Assembly (NCBI GenBank): GCA_903909435.1
Contig: CAIVVT010000157.1
Coordinates: 3,183-67,182, forward strand
Length of the DNA: 64,000 nucleotides
Origin: an uncultured Acidobacteriia bacterium
GTDB taxonomy: Bacteria > Acidobacteriota > Terriglobia > Bryobacterales > Bryobacteraceae
Reading direction: 5' to 3'
Translations under genes and position numbers: made by a program
Part shown: piece after piece, positions 57,561 through 64,000 of the stretch
Layout of the letters: each line of letters begins with the position of its first letter
Position numbering within the stretch: position 1 is the stretch's first letter
The notes under the pieces: generated by a model
The model's database searches: none
Told to the model about the DNA's origin: nothing
The model's input: only the letters and a program-made list of their open reading frames with translations

Positions 57561-58211
57561 TTAATCCAGTAGTTTCAGCTTTATGTTTCGGAAGGTGATC
57601 TCGTAGCCTTCCGCTTCCAGGCCGAGGTATCCTCTGCGCAGGGCGATTCCCTCTATCTCGTTCACTAGCATGCCGTTGACCGAGAGCGTGATCTTGTCGC
57701 CCTGTACGCCCACTTCGTAGAGATTCCATTCGCCGGCCGGTTTTACCCGGTTTTCTTTCATCTGCTTGATCAAGTTAAATGACCCGATGGCTCCAGCTGT
57801 GAGGTTGGTTCCAAACAGATAGCCTCCTGTGGGACCAGTTTGTGCCTGCACCCATAGCTCTCCGAATCTCGACAGCCGCACTCCGATGCCACTGTTGTAT
57901 TTCTTGGGCTCTTCGGCTCTTGGAGTGAAGCGCCATTCCACCTGAAGCACGAAATCGCCGAGTTCCTTGTCGTAGCGGAGCCATTCGTGGCCACCCTCAC
58001 CGGTGCAGATCAACGTCTGCTCAGCTGCGTCAACGCGCCACTGCAGTTTGGGTTTCAGCCCATCCACCGGTGGGATCGGAATGCGGATCCAGCCTTTCAG
58101 GCTTTCATCCGGGAGGATGCTGACCCAGTCGCCTGCCATGGCGACGCCGGAGCATAGGAGAATTCCGAGGGGTATCGTGCAGGCAATTCGGGCAAGGAGA
58201 TTCAGTCGCAT
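57561..58211 (-). CDS. DUF1080 (3-keto-disaccharide hydrolase / LamG-like) domain protein
   Basis: Signal peptide; W......W.V.....L...........L.Y...GDFVLQVEWR..., GYLGLEAEGYEITFRNIKL is the typical C-terminus. Confidence 0.8.
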   Translation of the reverse strand: MRLNLLARIACTIPLGILLCSGVAMAGDWVSILPDESLKGWIRIPIPPVDGLKPKLQWRVDAAEQTLICTGEGGHEWLRYDKELGDFVLQVEWRFTPRAEEPKKYNSGIGVRLSRFGELWVQAQTGPTGGYLFGTNLTAGAIGSFNLIKQMKENRVKPAGEWNLYEVGVQGDKITLSVNGMLVNEIEGIALRRGYLGLEAEGYEITFRNIKLKLLD

Positions 58212-58417
58212 GTATCAATCCTACGGCCTCGAGGCCGCTTGTAGAGCGGGGGAGCTTTCAGCGACCCGGGCTTCACTCGATCTGAAACGTCCCAAAGTAG
58301 CGTGCGATTTGGAGACCGCCCTTCACGCGGGAGCCCGTTCCGTGTCCTGAGCGGCAAGGTCAGAGGGATGAATCCATCACCATGATAGACGTGAGGCGTA
58401 GCGCCACCGTGCTGCCG

Positions 58418-60082
58418 CTACGTTTCAAGAAAACAGGCCGGAACGAACGAAATGTCGCTTGCCTCCCGCACAGCCAGCCGGATCTGCGATTCGAGGATGT
58501 CGCGGGGCACAGGATTGCGATAGTCCCGAAGGGCTTCAGCTATGGCGGCAAACGGATCCAGGCTGGTGGTCCGTGAGATGCGGTAAATCTTGACCGCTAA
58601 AGCCTCCGCAGCGCCAGGCGTCAGCAGCGCAGGCACCACGGTTTCGATGGCAGCGAAACTGCTGTCTCCGATCTCCATGCCGCGCGCACGGCAAAGTGCC
58701 TGGATCAGATCGAAGCCCTCTCTCGCCGTGGTCGTGGGGAACAGCGGGATCTTTACGTCGATACGTCCGGGGCGCTTCAGATCGACCTCGATCAGGTCGG
58801 GGCGGCTTGAGGCGAGAACCCAGATGATCTTGCCGCGGTTGCCGCTGCGCCCCATCTCCTCAGCGAGCATCGAGTAGACGCGCCCCGAAACGCCAGAATC
58901 GCTGGTTGCTGAGTCGCGCCGGCCCAGCGCCTGGTCGGCCTCGTCCACGAACACGTAGCAGCGCCCAAGGGCGTGAAGCAAACGGAAGATCTTCTCGAGA
59001 TTGCCTTCCGTGGAGCCTACCCACTTGTCGCGGAAGTTCTTCATCTTGACGATGGGCACTCTGGCTTCTCCGGCCAGACATTCGACCAGGAAAGTTTTGC
59101 CCGTGCCGACCGGACCGCAGATCAAGTAGCCCTTTGGAAGCGCATTCAGGTCGCTCTGCGCCCACAGCGTGAGGTCCTGGCGTAGCCACGCCTTCACCTT
59201 CTCCAGCCCATAGAGGTCGTCAAGCGTGCGCTGAGGCTCGATGAATTCAATCAGCCCGTTACAGTCATTCTCGACGATCGACTTCTTGAGACTCACGACA
59301 TCGCCCGAATCGAGCTTCCTTCTGACATGCGCCTTGGCCAGGATCGTCCGCTCCACCGCCCCGAGCGTCGCGCCGGTGAGCTGTGCCGCAACCGCGGGGA
59401 TGGCCCCCTCATCGACGACGCCAGGATGCTGCGCCGCCAGCAATTCCAACGCGCTGCCGAGGTGTTCCGTTATCGGAAGCGGCACCCGGATTCGAGAGGT
59501 GCGCAAGTTGTTGGCCACCAGCGGATGCAGGTCGTGCAGGTTCTCGCAAACCAGGAATGTCGCCAGCGTGTGCCCCGTCAACAGGTCTTCGTTGGCCCAG
59601 TCGCGGATGAGCGTGACCATGGCGCCTAATTCATAGTCCGTCGATGCCGGCGTTGCCGGCATCACAAGATCCGCGCCAAATACGATGCAGGCAACTTGCA
59701 GCCGCGCTTGGTTGAGGCGTGCCAGGTTGGCGCAATACCGGAAGTAGTGCGTCAGCAGATCGACGGCCGCCCGGGGCGCTCGGGGCAAGGCCGGCGCGTC
59801 CTTCATGTTTGGCCAGTTGGAAAACGTCTGGCCGCCTTTGTCGATCCTGATCCCGCTGCCCAGATCGTAGGAGAGCACGACGTCGAAGCGCGGAAGTAGA
59901 ACATCCAGCAGGAAGCTCTTGAGGTCCCCGATGCGCGGCTCGAGCGCCGCTGGAATCAAGATGCGATCCTGAACGTCGCCATGGACGATGAATTGGTTGG
60001 AAGCGTTGCTTTCGTAAAGCTCGATGAGTTCGACCGCCCAGGCCGGCAGGAGCGGCGCGACTTTGGTCTCGCTCGCGGCCAC
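58418..60082 (-). CDS. Two-lobed AAA+ ATPase: degenerate N-terminal lobe + classic-clade AAA module
   Basis: Walker A ICGPVGTGKTF, Walker B CYVFVDEADQ, second-region-of-homology-like DLKRPGRIDVKI. The N-terminal ~280 aa (…NQFIVHGDVQDRI…) have no P-loop. The GTG start overlaps the upstream stop (TAGTG). Confidence 0.85.
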   Translation of the reverse strand: MAASETKVAPLLPAWAVELIELYESNASNQFIVHGDVQDRILIPAALEPRIGDLKSFLLDVLLPRFDVVLSYDLGSGIRIDKGGQTFSNWPNMKDAPALPRAPRAAVDLLTHYFRYCANLARLNQARLQVACIVFGADLVMPATPASTDYELGAMVTLIRDWANEDLLTGHTLATFLVCENLHDLHPLVANNLRTSRIRVPLPITEHLGSALELLAAQHPGVVDEGAIPAVAAQLTGATLGAVERTILAKAHVRRKLDSGDVVSLKKSIVENDCNGLIEFIEPQRTLDDLYGLEKVKAWLRQDLTLWAQSDLNALPKGYLICGPVGTGKTFLVECLAGEARVPIVKMKNFRDKWVGSTEGNLEKIFRLLHALGRCYVFVDEADQALGRRDSATSDSGVSGRVYSMLAEEMGRSGNRGKIIWVLASSRPDLIEVDLKRPGRIDVKIPLFPTTTAREGFDLIQALCRARGMEIGDSSFAAIETVVPALLTPGAAEALAVKIYRISRTTSLDPFAAIAEALRDYRNPVPRDILESQIRLAVREASDISFVPACFLET

Positions 60083-60912
60083 TACTGTGCCTCCGTGGTT
60101 CCGGTCGTCTTGGCAAGCGGCGCTCCGAAGGCGTGATCGAGGTCCGAAACCGCCGACTGGGATTCACCGAAGATCGAGGCGCCCGCGAGGTTGGTAGCCA
60201 ACTCGATGTCGGTGGCGATCGTCTGGGGCTTGCCTTGGATAATCGCGTTCTCGATCATCAGGTCCAGTTGCGCTTCGATTCGAGTGAGGTCGCTCTCGAC
60301 CTCCTCGGTCGATTGTGCGCGGCGCGCTATGTTGGCGAGGCGCTCGCGCAGGATGTTGATGGTCGCTGTCCGAGACTGCCGCAGCGAGTCCGAATCGCTT
60401 GCGTCCTTGTTCCCCGCAGTTAGCAGCTCAATGCGTTTCTGAAGGTCCACTTCGGTTTCGGCGCTCTTGGTCGAGAGTAGATTGTGCTCCGCGACCAGAA
60501 GTTTGAGATAGACCCATTCCAGCCGCCATAAGGCGTCTCTATTCGCCTCGAGCACAAACTCGTCGGCCTGCTGGTTGCGAAAGATCTCGGACACCTGGCG
60601 GCACTTCGCGGAGAGTCGAAGGAGTCGTTGCTGCGACTCTGCCGGGAGAGTCGTGATCAGCAGTCGGCGTTTCTGCTCGGCATCGTTTTCGTCGAGTCGC
60701 ACGTCAGCCGCTTCGACCAACTTCTGAAAGCGCGGATTGGTCGCAAGCAGGAAGAGCAGGGCGGTTTCCAGGCCTACCCCCAGCAGCCAGAACGTGGGCT
60801 CGGCGAATCCCAGGATTCCCAAGCCGACGACGCCCAATAAGTTCACAGGTACCTGCCCCAGAGCCGGCACCGGCACTCTTAAGAAGAACGCGGCTTTGAT
60901 ATAACGCAACAC
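60082..60912 (-). CDS. 2-TM membrane protein with long cytoplasmic coiled-coil, hypothetical
   Basis: Hydrophobic helices are VNLLGVVGLGILGF and FWLLGVGLETALLFLLA. They are followed by ~200 aa of heptad-like, charged sequence. Confidence 0.65.
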   Translation of the reverse strand: MLRYIKAAFFLRVPVPALGQVPVNLLGVVGLGILGFAEPTFWLLGVGLETALLFLLATNPRFQKLVEAADVRLDENDAEQKRRLLITTLPAESQQRLLRLSAKCRQVSEIFRNQQADEFVLEANRDALWRLEWVYLKLLVAEHNLLSTKSAETEVDLQKRIELLTAGNKDASDSDSLRQSRTATINILRERLANIARRAQSTEEVESDLTRIEAQLDLMIENAIIQGKPQTIATDIELATNLAGASIFGESQSAVSDLDHAFGAPLAKTTGTTEAQ

Positions 60913-60950
60913 GTCAATGAAGGCAGTCCGTCAACAGGCTCTCGACGCCT

Positions 60951-61724
60951 TCAGTTCTGTTCCGGGAGGCCCGGTTCCCGGGTCTTGGCCGGGCCCATTG
61001 AACGGGTGGATGGGTCGGCGACCGGGTTGCCCGGAGTGGGGGATTCGAGCGTGATGCCTTCCTTTGCTGCGAAGTCGGCCAGAGCCTGATCCTGGAGTGC
61101 GTGCGTCTCGGCTTCCTTCACCTCGACCTGCGACATGTCCATTGAGTCGCGCGCCACGCGGACGCGGCCAGCGGCCTTTTCACGCTCCGATTCGACCATC
61201 CCCGACAAGCGGTCCAGGGTGTCGCCCGCGCCTCCGATCTGCGACACCATGCCGGAAGCCATCTCGGTCAACTCGGCCATGGCACGCTTCATCTTCAGGT
61301 CGCTGATGCCGGCTCGGAGGGTCTCAATCTTTGCTTTGGCCGTAGACACGGCCACGTCCCGGGAACGGATCAGCTCTTTGTAGGTCGTCTCGGCCTGCTC
61401 CAATTGCCGCCGGTTCTCTTCGAGTTCGCGCTCGACTGTCTGCAGTCGCAGGGCATACTGCCCCGCGGCATCGCGATTGCCGGCCCGCAGATTGGCGCCG
61501 GCCTTGGCGCGCAGATCCCGCTGCTCGCTCTCCTGTTTCCGCACCTGCGTCATTAGCCGCTCGCACAAGCCTGCGTGTGATACCAGACCCTGGTTGTACT
61601 GTGCAATCTGCTTGCGCAGGTTCTCAGTTTCCACTTCAAGGAGTGCTTCCGGATTCTGCTTTTCAAGGCCTGAAATGAAAAGGCTCAGGAAGCCACGGAA
61701 CAAATTCGCGATTCGGTTGAACAT
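60951..61724 (-). CDS. pspA: PspA/IM30 family protein (bacterial ESCRT-III superfamily)
   Basis: ORF 60951..61748; ATG 61724 gives MFNRIANLFRGFLSLFISGLEKQNPEALLE..., the typical PspA amphipathic N-terminus. It has a long coiled coil with ...A..AL..G..DLA..AL-like pattern (LRAGNRDAAGQYALRL), then a Pro-rich ~45-aa tail. Confidence 0.85.
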   Translation of the reverse strand: MFNRIANLFRGFLSLFISGLEKQNPEALLEVETENLRKQIAQYNQGLVSHAGLCERLMTQVRKQESEQRDLRAKAGANLRAGNRDAAGQYALRLQTVERELEENRRQLEQAETTYKELIRSRDVAVSTAKAKIETLRAGISDLKMKRAMAELTEMASGMVSQIGGAGDTLDRLSGMVESEREKAAGRVRVARDSMDMSQVEVKEAETHALQDQALADFAAKEGITLESPTPGNPVADPSTRSMGPAKTREPGLPEQN

Positions 61725-61760
61725 ACAGTCAAAACTCCCGCGCTCCACTCACAACACCCA

Positions 61761-62963
61761 TCATCTGCCCGCCTGCGTCCGCTGCCAACTGGTCAGCAGA
61801 TTGTTCACGACCTCGGCCCGGGGCGGCTCGCAGATCCTGCCCACGTCAATCTGCACACCGTACTTGGCGAATTGCACGAACGGACTTCCCGGGAACTTTA
61901 CCGGAACACTCGGGTTGCCGGGCCGGAAGCCGTGGATCAACGATTCCTTCTGCACGCGCTCGCTGAGCAGAAAGTCCAGGAACGCCTGTGCGGCCTTACG
62001 CTGCTCCGGACTGCTCCACGTGGCGTTGAGGATGTAGTAGGGCGTGTCGTTCCAGGCGTTGTATTCAGGGTAAACTACCCGCAACTGTCCCCAGCGCCCC
62101 TCGGCGTTCCGCAGGTAGTCCATAGCGACGCTTTCGTAGACCAACAGGGTGTCATAGGATGACGGCCCCTTCAGCACCATCTCGCGCATCATGTTACCCG
62201 TGCTGTCGGAAGTGCCCGCGACGCCGCGTTCCAGTTTCTCCAGCCATTCCTGGAATTGGACGTTGACGATGTCCTTCAGTGTCAGGTCACGCGCCTTTCC
62301 TGAATACGAGTACGCCGCCAGAACCAGAGTCATCACGCCCGAGTTCGATTGATTGGGCTGCGTATGGCCAAATTTGAAGAACCCCCACTCAGGCTTGGCC
62401 GCAATCGCCTCCCATCCGCCCTTCTGCTGCTGAGCTTCGGCGATCGTGGCAAAGGAAAGCTTCTGGTACTTCTTCACAAACTCCACATAGCGCTCCTCCC
62501 ACATGACGAACACCATCGGGGTCAGGGCCAACGGCTCTTCCCGCACGATCGGGTTAGTGTTGTACTTCAGCTGCCAGTCCGTGACGAAGCTCTCCTTGTA
62601 AAGCGAACTTGCGGGCGACCACACGTTGATGCGCTGATCCCCGGCGAGCACGGCACGTGCTCCGTCCAGCGAGCCCATTGGAATCAGATTGATCCCGATA
62701 TCGCGCCCCTGTGAAGTGTTCGCGAACTCGCCGACGGCCCACTCCAGCCAGCGCTTCTTCTCCGTCCCATATGCGATTCCGATTTGCACGGCGGCGCCTG
62801 AGGGGTTCACGGCCACGCCCGCGGTTCCGGCACCGCTCCCGCCGAAGGGCCAACGGATGCCGGCAGTCTTGCCAAAGCGGTAGAACGCACCGGCCAGGCA
62901 GGCTGCGACGAACAGAAAAATGAACAGTTTTCCGAGCAGAGTGAGCTTTGGTCCGTCAGCCAT
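61761..62963 (-). CDS. TM-anchored periplasmic substrate-binding-protein-like protein
   Basis: N-terminal anchor LLGKLFIFLFVAACLAGAF, then a PBP-type fold pattern (...INVWSPASS..., ...FGHTQPNQSNSG..., ...HGFRPGNP...). It is paralogous to the N-terminal half of the next gene. Confidence 0.65.
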   Translation of the reverse strand: MADGPKLTLLGKLFIFLFVAACLAGAFYRFGKTAGIRWPFGGSGAGTAGVAVNPSGAAVQIGIAYGTEKKRWLEWAVGEFANTSQGRDIGINLIPMGSLDGARAVLAGDQRINVWSPASSLYKESFVTDWQLKYNTNPIVREEPLALTPMVFVMWEERYVEFVKKYQKLSFATIAEAQQQKGGWEAIAAKPEWGFFKFGHTQPNQSNSGVMTLVLAAYSYSGKARDLTLKDIVNVQFQEWLEKLERGVAGTSDSTGNMMREMVLKGPSSYDTLLVYESVAMDYLRNAEGRWGQLRVVYPEYNAWNDTPYYILNATWSSPEQRKAAQAFLDFLLSERVQKESLIHGFRPGNPSVPVKFPGSPFVQFAKYGVQIDVGRICEPPRAEVVNNLLTSWQRTQAGR

Positions 62964-62971
62964 TGTGTCCT

Positions 62972-64000
62972 CTAAAAGAAGGTCGAAACGTCGCGAAATA
63001 CGCTGACAATGGTGTCCGGATTGCCTTCGTAGGACTTGGCCTGAGTTGCTTCAGCAAGCTGCCTCAACAGGTCCTTGCGCGCATCCCGGCCGTAGGCAAT
63101 GGTGAAGACCCGGATCGTGTTGGTCTCCCCGTTAAAGCGGACCAGTTCCAACAGCTTGTCGAACCGAATTTTGCTGTTGGTATCCTCCCCGTCCGTGAGC
63201 ACCACAACAGCCTGTATCTTCTTGCCTTCGCGGCGACTGGTCTTCAGCAGCCTGTAGGCTTCCTCAATCGAATCGTAAAGATTCGTTTCGCCGCCTGCGA
63301 AGAGGGACTCGATCTGCGCGTTCGCCTTCCGCTTGCCGTCCGGCCCCATCGGGGTATTTTGAATGGCCCAGGCGTAGCCCGTATTGAACGGGAGGAACGA
63401 CAGCGTGTCGGCGTCGCTCATGATCGATATGAATTGCTTCGCGCCGCGTTTCGCATTTTCGAGTTTGCCCTGCTCATTCATACTGCCAGACGTATCGAGC
63501 ACGAGCACCACCTCGGAGGTCTTCTTCTTCGTTTGCCAGAGCTTGAGGATTCTATCGATAACCTCGACCGCGGGAACTTCAAGCGTGGTCTTCGGTTCGC
63601 TCGGGTCGATTCCATGCTCCGGATCCAGTGGCGCTCCCGCCTTCACATCGACGGATGCGGGGCGGAAGCCATATGTCAGGGCCCGTTCCTGTTGCGGCTT
63701 TTCGAGCAAATAGTGGATATACAGCGCCGCCGCTTCCCTGTGCTCTGGAGTTACCCAGTCCCTTTCGACAATACCGATTGGATGATCGCTCCAGAACGTA
63801 CCCTCCTTCGGGTAGATGGCAACCACGGGGAAGGCGAGGCTCTTCTCAGCGTAGGACTCCACTACCATGCTCTCGTAAAGCACAGCGGCGGAAAGATACT
63901 CGGGGCCGTTAGCGAACATCCTGCGGCCGAAAAACCCGGTGGAACTGCCGTAGTGCACAACCGATTGCTCAATGGCGCCGACGAATTCACCCGTCGCCGG
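62972..64000 (-). CDS. SBP-like domain fused to C-terminal VWA domain (5' end outside window)
   Basis: The frame stays open to nt 64000 (…PATGEFVGAIEQSVVHYGSS…). The SBP-like part ends in YGFRPASVDV. VWA MIDAS is VLVLDTSGSM ... GGETNLYDSI ... VLTDGEDT. Confidence 0.75.
   Translation of the reverse strand, partial: PATGEFVGAIEQSVVHYGSSTGFFGRRMFANGPEYLSAAVLYESMVVESYAEKSLAFPVVAIYPKEGTFWSDHPIGIVERDWVTPEHREAAALYIHYLLEKPQQERALTYGFRPASVDVKAGAPLDPEHGIDPSEPKTTLEVPAVEVIDRILKLWQTKKKTSEVVLVLDTSGSMNEQGKLENAKRGAKQFISIMSDADTLSFLPFNTGYAWAIQNTPMGPDGKRKANAQIESLFAGGETNLYDSIEEAYRLLKTSRREGKKIQAVVVLTDGEDTNSKIRFDKLLELVRFNGETNTIRVFTIAYGRDARKDLLRQLAEATQAKSYEGNPDTIVSVFRDVSTFF

Overview
High-GC bacterial chromosomal segment. 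Gene content suggests Acidobacteriota: an acidobacterial-type VWFA protein, a CarboxypepD_reg-type TonB-dependent receptor, and many Tat/Sec-exported hydrolases. This assignment is an inference. About 50 protein genes can be supported. They include proteases (tricorn-like S41, S9, M19, archaemetzincin), Gfo/Idh/MocA and SDR oxidoreductases, and a small-protein stress cluster (BON, CsbD, DUF3309-like). There is also a sortase/LPxTA/VWA trio, smpB, a secretin with two pseudopilins, and a glycoside-hydrolase-like plus enolase-superfamily cluster. Further genes encode an MbfA-like iron exporter, an OFA-type MFS transporter, glutamate dehydrogenase and a leader-peptide-attenuated ilvA unit. The rest are a histidine kinase / sigma-54 response regulator pair, polyamine genes, tRNA-Thr(UGU) with a decayed integrase, a TonB-dependent receptor and a phosphoesterase. 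Most long antisense ORFs in the track are GC-bias artefacts. The strongest candidate for an undescribed system is the minus-strand operon at 58.4-64.0 kb, which runs off the window. It encodes an SBP-VWA protein, a TM-anchored SBP-like protein, PspA/IM30 (bacterial ESCRT-III), a 2-TM coiled-coil protein and a two-lobed classic-clade AAA+ ATPase, a layout that parallels ESCRT-III/Vps4. Other notable items are a solitary fused TssB-TssC-like sheath protein with no other T6SS genes nearby, a sortase system in a presumably diderm organism, and an Ile/Val-rich leader-peptide attenuator. Also notable are an archaemetzincin translationally coupled inside a two-component operon and several families of intergenic palindromic repeats. 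All functional calls rest on motif recognition by eye. No database searches were run.
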